64,000 nucleotides of DNA from Kiritimatiellia bacterium (GTDB lineage Bacteria > Verrucomicrobiota > Kiritimatiellia > RFP12 > UBA1067). Where the stretch lies: positions 9,660-73,659 of the forward strand of contig JAFXTB010000178.1 of NCBI GenBank assembly GCA_017525225.1, in the 5' to 3' direction. A program made the position numbers and the translations under genes. Below the pieces are notes generated by a model. That model searched no databases, had not been told where the DNA came from, and saw only the letters and a program-made list of their open reading frames with translations. Numbering within the stretch: position 1 is the stretch's first letter; each line of letters starts with the position of its first letter. Below are positions 18,052 through 26,776 of this stretch, piece after piece.

Positions 18052-19986
18052 CTACCAGCGTTCCTTGCGGCCGAACAGCCGCGAAAAGAACCATCGGACC
18101 GTCCGCCGGAATCCAGAAGACGACAAACGTCCGCGTATTTTAGAAGGCAGGGCCTTTAAGTCTTTGCCTACAGATCTGCACCACCTTCCCCTAGGCAGGC
18201 GCAAGCGGCGCCCTTCCAGCTTTTCTATGCGCCTTTCAAGTTCGTCACACCTCGAATCCGCCATGTCAAAAGCGGAGTACGGACGTCGCTCAGACAGTCC
18301 CCTCTCGATCTCCGCAACCAGCCAGTTGCGACTATCGCGCGCCCCAGTCGCCAATTTCTCGTCCACACGCTCCCAGTCTATCGGCCTTGCAGAATCCAGA
18401 CAGCCGTCAAGTTCCGATATGTCGTACACCATGCGATCCTCGAGACCGAGCATCCGCAGGAGAGACGTGAAGCGGGTCTCTCCGCGTATCTTGTTCACGA
18501 TGGCAAGAAAATCACGGTGGTAGATGATGGCAAAACACATTCCGTGGAAACTGTCCACTATGACAAACCTACTTCCGGCGATATGGGCCAGCCATGTCTC
18601 GGCGGAGGCGTTTTCCAACGTGCGTATCTTCTTCAACTTCCTTCCGGCTCGGTTGGCGTCCACCACCGCCTCCGCCTCCAAGCCCATCCGCTCCGCCACT
18701 CTTGCAAGGATGTCCTCTTTGGCTCCGGAGGGGTCGAGTATGTAGGAGAACAGGTACGGCCTGCCCGAAGGCTTGTCCGGCGCGCGGGAAACCATCTCGT
18801 CGTACTTTAACTTCGGACACAGAAACACTGGGTCGAGCACCCATTTTGCATCGACTCCAAAATCGCGCTTGCACACCTGCACGCCACTGTCTTCGCGCAC
18901 CGAGACCGCATCGAACCGAGAGAGGTAGAACGCCTCCTCCGCGCGATCGTGCTCGCTGCCCCAGATGAAGTCGTGCCCGAACGAACCTGCGTACAGAATC
19001 TTCCTGTGGTTGTCGCGCACATACCCCTGCGCCATGAACTTGCCGAAGATGTTGTAGAGGGAATTGCAGAACAGCTGGTCCGATCCGGTGACGAACACTC
19101 GGCACATACCGTTTACCGCCTTCATGTCCCGAATCGTCGGGAATCGCGGCGCAAGGGCGTGAGCAGGATAGGGCTGGACGGTGAATAGCGGGCATACAAG
19201 GTCCTTCACGCACATGGCGTCGAGCGGACGATCAATCATCAACGCCGAATATCCCATCGCCGTCACCGCCTCGTACAGCGCGTACTGCGTCATGTGGGAA
19301 CCGTAGTTCACACCAAGGTAATTAGCCACCAGACCTACATCCCACATGCCGGTACGCACGTCGTTCACAGCCCGTGAGAACGGCTTGCCCATCCTGCGCA
19401 AGGCGTCGAAACGCGCCATGTCAGCGCCGTCCGCCAGCAGCGACGCGTCGCGGTGAGGACAGGACATGCATTCGGCATCCAAGCCCAGCCCATGTTGTCT
19501 GGCGAATTCGTAGGTTCCCTTGCCGTCACCCCAGAAACGTGGGCCGAAGCTCTCGGGGGGAGCCTGGTCCAACACCTCCTTCGCGCCGGACTTCATCGTC
19601 ACCTGCAGCCGGGTATCAGTCTTCGCGGTAAATTTCTTCGGCGGCAGCACCTTCACATCCGCGATGGAGGAGACATCAAAGTTCCCGGCAAGGAATTCCT
19701 TCAGCGTGGCGCAGGAAGGCAACCCTCCGCATGGCAATGCCCGATAGGAGACTTCGGGCAGTTCCCCGACATCCATCTTGATGCGTTCGATCTCACACGG
19801 ACAGCCTGTCACCTCCACCGACCTACCACCAGACAACGCATGGCGCACGGCATCTGCCGCATTAGAAACATCCGCCCGTACGAATCGCACCGCCGGGGAG
19901 CGCGCATCGAGGGGTCTCTCTGCAAACCGGCACCTAAGATTCGCGTCAAGCGACGCCTCCAGCACAATTGCCTCATGGTCGCTCAT
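18052..19986 (-). CDS. Polysaccharide pyruvyl transferase (WcaK/CsaB family) with about 230-aa Cys-rich N-terminal extension
   Basis: C-terminal two-thirds carries PS_pyruv_trans-like motifs (VANYLGVNYGSHMTQYAL..., FVIVDSFHGMCFAI). The N-terminal extension has CPCE...PCGGLPSC...CMSCPH cysteine clusters. Confidence 0.6.
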   Translation of the reverse strand: MSDHEAIVLEASLDANLRCRFAERPLDARSPAVRFVRADVSNAADAVRHALSGGRSVEVTGCPCEIERIKMDVGELPEVSYRALPCGGLPSCATLKEFLAGNFDVSSIADVKVLPPKKFTAKTDTRLQVTMKSGAKEVLDQAPPESFGPRFWGDGKGTYEFARQHGLGLDAECMSCPHRDASLLADGADMARFDALRRMGKPFSRAVNDVRTGMWDVGLVANYLGVNYGSHMTQYALYEAVTAMGYSALMIDRPLDAMCVKDLVCPLFTVQPYPAHALAPRFPTIRDMKAVNGMCRVFVTGSDQLFCNSLYNIFGKFMAQGYVRDNHRKILYAGSFGHDFIWGSEHDRAEEAFYLSRFDAVSVREDSGVQVCKRDFGVDAKWVLDPVFLCPKLKYDEMVSRAPDKPSGRPYLFSYILDPSGAKEDILARVAERMGLEAEAVVDANRAGRKLKKIRTLENASAETWLAHIAGSRFVIVDSFHGMCFAIIYHRDFLAIVNKIRGETRFTSLLRMLGLEDRMVYDISELDGCLDSARPIDWERVDEKLATGARDSRNWLVAEIERGLSERRPYSAFDMADSRCDELERRIEKLEGRRLRLPRGRWCRSVGKDLKALPSKIRGRLSSSGFRRTVRWFFSRLFGRKERW

Positions 19987-21812
19987 CGCTCCTCCAGCTT
20001 CAAGAACCCGGTCCAGAACTCTCTCGTCGTCATTTCCCGGAACGCATCACGCCAACGTACGTCTACCGCCTTGCGCTCATGTCGCAACCTCCGCACAAGA
20101 TGGAACGCCCTGCGTAATCCCGCGCGCAGCTTGTCACCATTGAAATTCACTGTGTAGGCGTTTCCGGCCTTCGCGCGCAGGAAGGTGACACCGCTGCAGA
20201 GGTACATGTCACGTAGCATCGGTATCCTTCCCTTGTCAAGGACAACAATCTTTGTACGGCCTCCCTGCGGCAGGAAGAGCGTCCAGACGAACAGTCCGCA
20301 TACGATTTTCAACGGGACTTCCATAATTCTTGCGAAAAGCGAACGGCAAGGAGGTGCCTCCGCTACCATTCGGCGCTGCTCATCCGTAAGGGGCACGCAT
20401 TTCTCCTCGTTGGCAAGCGCGTTCATGCGCAGCGACCATGTCGGCTCATGTTCACGAAAGCAGAAGTCCGGCCCGGCCAAAAAGTCTTCAACGCCCTGCA
20501 TTGAACATTCCGCGCTTTCATAGTGTCGCAGCAACAGCAGTTTCACCATGGCAGCGAAGAAACGCGAGGGCGTGGCGATCTTCACGCCGCGCTGTGCCGC
20601 GAAAATCAAGTTGTTGCGCATCCAGAAATACCGCATCGCAGGCGACTGCTTCACAAAGAACGGCTGATGCCACACCGCGAACCCCGCAGGGAACGTAACC
20701 TTGTATCCTCGGTCAATCAATCGAAAATTGAACTCCGCATCATCGTTCTTCAGGAAGTAAGGGAATGAGTATCCAACTTTGCACTCGCGCCAGGCGTCTA
20801 ACGGACACATCCACCACCACCATCCGCCGTAAAGCGGGATCCCGTCATCATCCTCACGAAACACACTCGAAAAATCGCGGGCATCCTTGTTGATGTCGGC
20901 TATCTTCAAAAGTCCCCAGACCTTCTTTGGGGCATCGGGCGATATTCCTGCTCCGCGTTCGTTCTGCGTATACATGTCTTGGTCAAGGCGCAGCATCGTG
21001 GCGTTCACGCAGACGTTGGACTTGATGTAACGGCATGCAAGCCATGCGCGCTCCAATACACCTGTGTGCAACACCAGATCGTCGTCCATCAGCAGGAGAT
21101 GCGTACACGTTTCGTCCTTCTCCGCCAGCATCATTCCGCGCGTGAACCCGCCGCTGCCGCCAGAGTTCACGTTGTGCACGATCTTCACGTCGCCGTCGTC
21201 ACTCTCCTCGAGGGTGTTCCCATTGTCTATCACGAACAGTCTGAACCGCCCCCGCCACTCTTCATCCTCGAACAGCTCCCGGCGCCACCGTTCGATGTTC
21301 GGGAGCACGAAATCCTCGCGCTTGAACGTGCACACGGCCATTGCCAGCTTCGCCTTGCGGCATGGCTCCTCGTCGGTGGAGAACGTTATCCGCCTCAACA
21401 CGGCATCGCCATCTGCCATGAAGCTCAACACGGCCTTCAGCCCGAGGTCTGCCAGAGGAACGGCGCGGAATGCCTTTATCGCCCCCCCCTCCACAGTGGT
21501 TGTGGCCACTGTCCGCCCACTGCCGACCTTGCCTTCCTCTGGCCGATTGTCGTAAGCGATCAAGTCGACACGCATCCGTCCTTCTGCTTCCACAGAAATG
21601 TCGACCGTCTTCAAATCAGTGGAATCGCGCCAGAATTCCGCGTCGAACGCGTTGAAATACGTGTCCGTGCGGCACGTCTGCCCAGTCGTCAGCCGCACCT
21701 CGCACTCCGCCGCGCACAGCTTCCCGTCCGTCCGGAAGTATAGTTCGCCAGGCTGGAAAATGTCGGCCCTCGGGAAAATACATTCTGTCAGCGTGTTATC
21801 TGCCATATTCAT
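19983..21812 (-). CDS. GT2-family glycosyltransferase with N-terminal beta-sandwich-like extension (GlfT2-like architecture)
   Basis: 609 aa. Central GT-A region FVIDNGNT...LLLMDDDLVL (DDD). Size and layout resemble galactofuranosyltransferase GlfT2, which is inference. ATGA overlap with the pyruvyl transferase gene. Confidence 0.55.
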   Translation of the reverse strand: MNMADNTLTECIFPRADIFQPGELYFRTDGKLCAAECEVRLTTGQTCRTDTYFNAFDAEFWRDSTDLKTVDISVEAEGRMRVDLIAYDNRPEEGKVGSGRTVATTTVEGGAIKAFRAVPLADLGLKAVLSFMADGDAVLRRITFSTDEEPCRKAKLAMAVCTFKREDFVLPNIERWRRELFEDEEWRGRFRLFVIDNGNTLEESDDGDVKIVHNVNSGGSGGFTRGMMLAEKDETCTHLLLMDDDLVLHTGVLERAWLACRYIKSNVCVNATMLRLDQDMYTQNERGAGISPDAPKKVWGLLKIADINKDARDFSSVFREDDDGIPLYGGWWWWMCPLDAWRECKVGYSFPYFLKNDDAEFNFRLIDRGYKVTFPAGFAVWHQPFFVKQSPAMRYFWMRNNLIFAAQRGVKIATPSRFFAAMVKLLLLRHYESAECSMQGVEDFLAGPDFCFREHEPTWSLRMNALANEEKCVPLTDEQRRMVAEAPPCRSLFARIMEVPLKIVCGLFVWTLFLPQGGRTKIVVLDKGRIPMLRDMYLCSGVTFLRAKAGNAYTVNFNGDKLRAGLRRAFHLVRRLRHERKAVDVRWRDAFREMTTREFWTGFLKLEER

Positions 21813-21813
21813 G

Positions 21814-23403
21814 TCACCTCAATTCTTCCTTTGACTCTATCGCCTTCGCCACGGCAATGTGGAACCCCGACCTGTCGAGTTCCCTGAAAAAAGTTTCTCG
21901 TCCAGGTGATTTCCGGGTGGGACGTATCAACTGTCCATTCTTGCGCCTCGCCTCCATAAGCGGCACTGCGCGCCAAAGCAACATCGCCTCGCGGATGCGC
22001 GCCATCGCCGCTTCGCCGCGCTGCGTGTTCGGCAACACCAGCGACGTGCCTTTGCCATCCGAGAGCGCCGAGGCTATCTGCGTGCATCCCCAGCAGTCGC
22101 CGAGTGAAATGTCGCCAACGCGTTCAATCCCGGCGTACCTGCACGTGTAGCAGCATTCACGACTCATGACCCCCTTCAGGAAAGCATAATACCAGGCAGA
22201 AGCACCCGCCGGCACGGCCACAGTACCCTCCTCCGTGTAGATCACCGCCGGCGTCGCCCAACCGAACGGTCGCTTGTCTCGGAAATTTACGCCCGTCAGC
22301 TTTCGGCCGGCGGCATACTCCTTCAGGAAAACGTTCCACGCGGTCGCCGGATTAGCGCCGTGGCACACTATGTCCGCGGTCAGGAGATTCTCGTAGTCCC
22401 TCCCCAGGAAGGAGTACAGCCCCGCAATCTGGCATGGACATCCGGTGAAGAGGACCGGCATCCCGGCGTCGAGATCTTTCTTCGCGTCGCGGTACGCGAA
22501 CGCTATTTCGCTTTGCAGGTATTTACTGCCCCGTATGCGGGAAAGGCCAGCCTCGTCCGTAGCGCGAACGAACACGACACGGCTCCAACGCCCATCTGCC
22601 CACGTGGCGCCGTAGACCGAGCCGCCCTGCGCAAACACATCGCGCGCCAAGAGCGAGACCATGCCGCCGGACGAGCTGACGGCGCGCGTGGCGTCGTCCG
22701 CCATGGCCGCATAGGCCCGAGGCACTGGATGGAGCGGCGGCGGATTGACGCATGGGCACGCCTTAAGGCATAAGCCGCAATTGATACATCCATCCTTAAC
22801 TTTCGGGAAGAGGAACCCCTCTGGCGAAGGTTCCATCGCTAGAGCATCCTTCGGGCATTTGTTCGCACACGCTCCGCATCCGGTGCATCGGTCTGGATTC
22901 ACTATCTTCACCGACTTGTCGGCGCCGTCCGGCGGAGCGAGCGTGGCAGGGGGAGTCGGAGGCAGTGCCACGGGCTTCCGCCTGCGCAGTCTGGCTGCGA
23001 CCCTGCTCTTCAGCTTCTTCAGGAGAACTCGCGCCTTCCGCAGGGCACGCCGCCACAACGGCGGGCGTGGCGGCGGCGGATGGGGCCGCGAGACGAAAGC
23101 CTCGAGGAATTCCGGCTCGAGCGTCCTCCCGGAGTCCAGATAAAACACCAGATCCCCAGACGCGTTGAACTTCCCAACGCGGCACATCGCTTCCCTCGTG
23201 CAGCGGCCGAGCCGCAGGATCTTGACTCGCGGATCGCGAGCTGCGTACTCCAAGCAGACGGCGGCGGTATCGTCGGTCGAGCCACCATCGACGCATAACA
23301 CCTCGAAGTCGCGCAACGTCTGACGCCGCAACGAGTCCAGGCACTCGCGCACCTGCCCTCCACAATTTCTCATGGCAACTATCACCGAAACCCTGACCGG
23401 CAT
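21814..23403 (-). CDS. Fusion protein: truncated GT2 N-terminal half + Pro-rich linker + 2x[4Fe-4S] ferredoxin + coenzyme F420 hydrogenase/dehydrogenase beta-subunit (FrhB/FdhB) C-terminal-like domain
   Basis: Residues 1-105 VSVIVAMRN...VLCVDGGSTDDT...YLDSG form a GT2 A-half only. Then a PHPPPPRPPLW...PPTPPATLAPP linker. Then CTGCGACANKCP and CINCGLCLKACPC ferredoxin motifs. Then CHGANP...CYTCRY...DISLGDCWG, typical of FrhB_FdhB_C. Confidence 0.6.
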   Translation of the reverse strand: MPVRVSVIVAMRNCGGQVRECLDSLRRQTLRDFEVLCVDGGSTDDTAAVCLEYAARDPRVKILRLGRCTREAMCRVGKFNASGDLVFYLDSGRTLEPEFLEAFVSRPHPPPPRPPLWRRALRKARVLLKKLKSRVAARLRRRKPVALPPTPPATLAPPDGADKSVKIVNPDRCTGCGACANKCPKDALAMEPSPEGFLFPKVKDGCINCGLCLKACPCVNPPPLHPVPRAYAAMADDATRAVSSSGGMVSLLARDVFAQGGSVYGATWADGRWSRVVFVRATDEAGLSRIRGSKYLQSEIAFAYRDAKKDLDAGMPVLFTGCPCQIAGLYSFLGRDYENLLTADIVCHGANPATAWNVFLKEYAAGRKLTGVNFRDKRPFGWATPAVIYTEEGTVAVPAGASAWYYAFLKGVMSRECCYTCRYAGIERVGDISLGDCWGCTQIASALSDGKGTSLVLPNTQRGEAAMARIREAMLLWRAVPLMEARRKNGQLIRPTRKSPGRETFFRELDRSGFHIAVAKAIESKEELR

Positions 23404-23425
23404 TCCAACGCTCCCTTCCTAGTCG

Positions 23426-24169
23426 TCATGCCTTGTGGAGAAACGCCTGGTACCTCTCGCACACTCCGGCCACGTCGGAGGTGAACTCCATCTGCTTACC
23501 ATGGTTCAGCCACAATATCTTGTTACACAGCTTCTGCACCTGAACAAGCGAGTGGGAAACCAGTATCGTCGCTACGCCGCTGTGTATGATTTCAAGGAGT
23601 TTCTCCTCGCTCTTCTTGCGGAACTCGACGTCACCCACCGAGAGCACCTCGTCCAGAATAAGAATGTCCGGCCGCACCATGGACGCCACCGAAAACGCCA
23701 AGCGGGCTCTCATCCCCGACGAAAGCTGTCGGAATGGACGGCCCTCAAATTCGCGCAGCCCCGAGAAGTCGATTATCTTATCGTATGCGTCATTCATGAA
23801 CTTCCGCGTATAGCCAAGCATTGCCCCGCGCAGATATGCGTTCTCTTTGACCGTCAAGTCCTTGTCGAATCCAGAGGTCAACTCCAACAGCGCCGCAATC
23901 CTTCCATGCACACGTACCGATCCCTCCACCGGCTCCAAGATACCCGAGACCGCCTTGAGCAGCGTGGACTTCCCTGCCCCATTGGCGCCAATAATTCCGA
24001 GCATGTCACCCCTGTTCAATGCGAACGTGATGCCGCGATCTGCCCAGAACTCCTTCGCGCGATATGTACCTGTCAACTTTCGGATGACGAACTCCTTAAG
24101 GCCAATGCCCTTGAAATCCCCTACCATGTAGCGGATTCCGACACCCTTGAGTTCTACGAGCGTATTCAT
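23426..24169 (-). CDS. Polysaccharide-export ABC transporter ATP-binding protein (Wzt/KpsT/TagH family)
   Basis: Walker A GANGAGKST, signature LSSGMRARL, Walker B ILILDEVLSVGD. Adjacent to an ABC-2 permease. Confidence 0.85.
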   Translation of the reverse strand: MNTLVELKGVGIRYMVGDFKGIGLKEFVIRKLTGTYRAKEFWADRGITFALNRGDMLGIIGANGAGKSTLLKAVSGILEPVEGSVRVHGRIAALLELTSGFDKDLTVKENAYLRGAMLGYTRKFMNDAYDKIIDFSGLREFEGRPFRQLSSGMRARLAFSVASMVRPDILILDEVLSVGDVEFRKKSEEKLLEIIHSGVATILVSHSLVQVQKLCNKILWLNHGKQMEFTSDVAGVCERYQAFLHKA

Positions 24170-24172
24170 TTC

Positions 24173-24994
24173 TTAGACGTAATATAGGAATTTGGTATTG
24201 AACTTCTTGTACATAACACTTCCGACAAAGAGGAAAAACAGCGCCCACCCCGCAAGGATGGCATGGTGTCCCAAAGATGGAAATGCTCCGTCAATTGTGA
24301 CCTTGCGGAAGTATGCAATAAACATGTAGATCGGATTGCACATATACACTCTCTTCCAGCTCTCGGGAAATTTCTCTATGGAATACATCACCGCAGAGCC
24401 ATAGAAGAGAAGCCGGGTGAAGACACTCCAAAGGTAGGCCATGTCGCGAAAAAACACGTATAGTGCCGAAAGGACTAGTCCCAACCCAAGATTGAAAAGC
24501 ATAAGAACTACTATCGGATACAAAAGGAGAAGGAAATGCCATCCGAACCGGATTCCGTCAATCGCGCAGAAGCCAAAGAAGACAGCTAGGATGATCAGGA
24601 AGTTCAAAGTCGTTTGCGCCGTTTTCGCGAAAAGGAAAAGGTACTTGGGCACGTTGACCTTGGTGAATATGCTGGCATTCTCCATCAACGACACCATCCC
24701 CCCGCCCACTGCCTCGTTAAAGTACAGGAAGACCACTTGCCCGCAGAAGAGGTAGATGGTATAGTGGGGAATGGACTTGCCGAAGAATTGTCCAAAAACG
24801 AGTTTGAGCACAAGCAGCAAGAGTAGCGGCGAAAGCACGCTCCATCCCATGCCCAGAACCGTACGCTTGTATTTCTTCTTGAAATCGCGCTTGACCAGTT
24901 CCTCGAACAGGAAACGATGCGCCAAAAACACCCTGACCGCGCGGCGGACAGGTGTCTCATTCAACGGAAGGACTTGTCTCCCAAATACTTTCAT
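24173..24994 (-). CDS. Polysaccharide-export ABC-2 permease (Wzm/KpsM/TagG family)
   Basis: 273 aa with six TM helices. ABC-2 family pattern (VKRDFKKKYKRTVLGMGWSVLSPLL). Lower GC (about 48-50%). Confidence 0.75.
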   Translation of the reverse strand: MKVFGRQVLPLNETPVRRAVRVFLAHRFLFEELVKRDFKKKYKRTVLGMGWSVLSPLLLLLVLKLVFGQFFGKSIPHYTIYLFCGQVVFLYFNEAVGGGMVSLMENASIFTKVNVPKYLFLFAKTAQTTLNFLIILAVFFGFCAIDGIRFGWHFLLLLYPIVVLMLFNLGLGLVLSALYVFFRDMAYLWSVFTRLLFYGSAVMYSIEKFPESWKRVYMCNPIYMFIAYFRKVTIDGAFPSLGHHAILAGWALFFLFVGSVMYKKFNTKFLYYV

Positions 24995-25189
24995 TCTACA
25001 TCCAACAACTATTCCCTCAGCGCTTACTAGTATACACCATCCTTGAGGGTATAGTCAAGCCTGTGGCGTCCGCCGTACCCATTCAGAACAGGACATCGCG
25101 GATGTCGATCACCGCGTTGAAGCCCCCCTCCGCCTCGACAATGGGCGCAAGGTGCCCGCTGCAGACGAGCGCCGTCTTCACGACCTTCC

Positions 25190-25262
25190 CCCTTCCCAAG
25201 TGGGATGCGTACGCGCCTGACCTTCTCGACGTTGTAAACAGGAATTATGACGGAGACTTTCG
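25190..25262 (-). pseudogene. Degenerate stub of a GT2 glycosyltransferase gene (only the first ~16 codons recognisable)
   Basis: Minus-strand translation MSKVSVIIPVYNVEKV is the canonical GT2 N-terminus. After that the frame runs into GC-rich non-GT sequence (RRVRIPLGKGEGREDG...) and stops. No continuation was found in other frames. Confidence 0.45.
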
Positions 25263-25271
25263 ACATGGATG

Positions 25272-26111
25272 TCACACCCCGAAATTCGTGAACTTGATCT
25301 GTCGAACAAGAGCCTTGAAATAATCCCGACTCCATATCTTGAGTTCGGAGATATTCTCGATGAACGGCTCCACGTCTTCGCGCGCGGAATTGAAGTCGAT
25401 CGAGTCAATGCGCGCATCAAACGCGGCGACGACGGCCTCCGGGGTGCTTAGATCCACACCTGGCCCGCTTTCCTTCCCACGTTCCACGAGATGCGTCAAG
25501 TCCAGTTCGGCACCTCGCGAGACATACCAGGCCATGTCATACCAGTCACGGCCCTTCACACGGTTCTTCCACTTCCGGAACAACGCCGCGCTTGCCTTGC
25601 CCGCATAAAGACCGGGAAGGTCGTAGATTCTCACCCAGCACGACGACGGACGGACCAGCAGCTTCATCTCCGTATTGAACCTCGGAGGAGGATCAATATC
25701 CACCTCCAATTTCACCTTGGGGCGCTTCTCCGTCGTGAATCCGATGTCATACACGTCGGACGATTCCTTGAGGAATGCGCTCTCGATTGAATTCGGGCGC
25801 CCCTTTCGCTTCGACTTGATCTCAACTTCCCTGCCGGCAAGCCGGAACTCGTCCTTTACCGCTTCAAAGTAGTCCTCAAATGCAAACGATGGATCCGGGG
25901 CTAGAAGCGAAAAATACATATCCTCGGAGAACCTCTCCAATCCATGAAAAAGATGGAGGCATGTTCCGCCATAGAAAGCGGCCTTGGAGAAGAATCCTCC
26001 GCGGGCCAATCCCGCCAACGCAACCTCCTGCATCACCTCGTAGACGGCATTTTCCTTCTCGTTCACGGACTTGACCTTGTACGCCTCAACCATTTCATCG
26101 AACAATGTCAC
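25272..26111 (-). CDS. Nucleotidyltransferase AbiEii/AbiGii-family toxin-like protein
   Basis: 279 aa. N-terminal region (YEVMQEVALAGLARGGFFSKAAFYGGTCLHLFHGLERFSEDMYF) fits the AbiEii/DUF1814 nucleotidyltransferase fold pattern (GGT...D-x-D-like). ATGA overlap with the upstream small gene. AT-richer than flanks. Confidence 0.65.
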   Translation of the reverse strand: MTLFDEMVEAYKVKSVNEKENAVYEVMQEVALAGLARGGFFSKAAFYGGTCLHLFHGLERFSEDMYFSLLAPDPSFAFEDYFEAVKDEFRLAGREVEIKSKRKGRPNSIESAFLKESSDVYDIGFTTEKRPKVKLEVDIDPPPRFNTEMKLLVRPSSCWVRIYDLPGLYAGKASAALFRKWKNRVKGRDWYDMAWYVSRGAELDLTHLVERGKESGPGVDLSTPEAVVAAFDARIDSIDFNSAREDVEPFIENISELKIWSRDYFKALVRQIKFTNFGV

Positions 26112-26578
26112 GTGAATATCCTTTCCAACGCCTTGAACAGGCCGTACTTGCGTCCTGAAGCCGCATAGGCGGAGAAAACGCCTATGTCGGGATTTTCAAA
26201 TGCATCAAAATCAAATCGCACATCATTCTCCAGATACATGCGCAGCGAACGCGGCGACGAGATGCGAAGCCGAGACCGTGAATCGATAAAGTCGCACAAT
26301 GCCTTCTCCGGTCCCGCGACCATCGCTCCATCAACGCTTCTGACGCCGATGGCAAAGGTCGCCACAGGCACTGTACGGTATACAAAGCGTCCAACAGGCG
26401 TGACGAACCGCTTTCCCCGTGCTGTCACCGCCGAAATCGTTTCCACTACGCGGTCTGGTATCAGACCATATTCCGCCAACATCGTCTCGAAAGAAACATA
26501 TGAGACGGACCGTAAAGCAGATTGGCGACCGTTCAGGCGCGGCCCATGTGTCGAACCCTTTTCAGGGACTGTCCCCAA
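26108..26578 (-). CDS. Putative cognate antitoxin/autoregulator of the AbiEii-like gene (AbiEi-like or DUF6088-like; short form)
   Basis: Positional partner overlapping the toxin start by 4 nt. 124-156 aa depending on start: TTG 26578, or ATG 26482 (MLAEYGLIPDRVVETISAV...). The reading frame opens only at 26623, so no longer N-terminal wHTH domain is possible here. Homology is not verified. Confidence 0.4.
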   Translation of the reverse strand: MGTVPEKGSTHGPRLNGRQSALRSVSYVSFETMLAEYGLIPDRVVETISAVTARGKRFVTPVGRFVYRTVPVATFAIGVRSVDGAMVAGPEKALCDFIDSRSRLRISSPRSLRMYLENDVRFDFDAFENPDIGVFSAYAASGRKYGLFKALERIFT

Positions 26579-26588
26579 GTTATTCCAG

Positions 26589-26663
26589 TTTAGTTGACCC
26601 GTAAGTCCGTATTCTGCGCCACTTTAGGGTCAACTAAATCCTATTTTGCAATTTAGTTGACCC
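26589..26663 (-). promoter_or_regulatory. Triple 12-mer operator-like array TTTAGTTGACCC (26589-26600, direct), GGGTCAACTAAA (26627-26638, inverted; embedded in palindrome TTTAGGGTCAACTAAA) and TTTAGTTGACCC (26652-26663)
   Basis: Exact 12/12 matches read directly from the sequence, 10-85 nt upstream of the antitoxin-like gene start on the minus strand. Confidence 0.5.
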
Positions 26664-26776
26664 ATAACCACAAGGATATGCTGCATGGCGATCTGATCTG
26701 TAGGAACCGTCAATCAAGGGGCAGCCGCCTTTCGCCGCTCAGATCATTGAGCCAATCAACCACCCGGTTTATGATG

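Noticed and set aside
26589-26663. Possibility that the 12-mer repeats are a CRISPR remnant
   Set aside because: Only three copies, one inverted, unequal spacers (26 and 13 nt), and no cas genes. It fits an operator array far better.
26700-26776. Rho-independent terminator downstream of the giant gene (GCGGCGAAAGGCGGC region)
   Set aside because: The two G/C blocks are direct, not inverted, so no stable stem forms. There is no U-tract.
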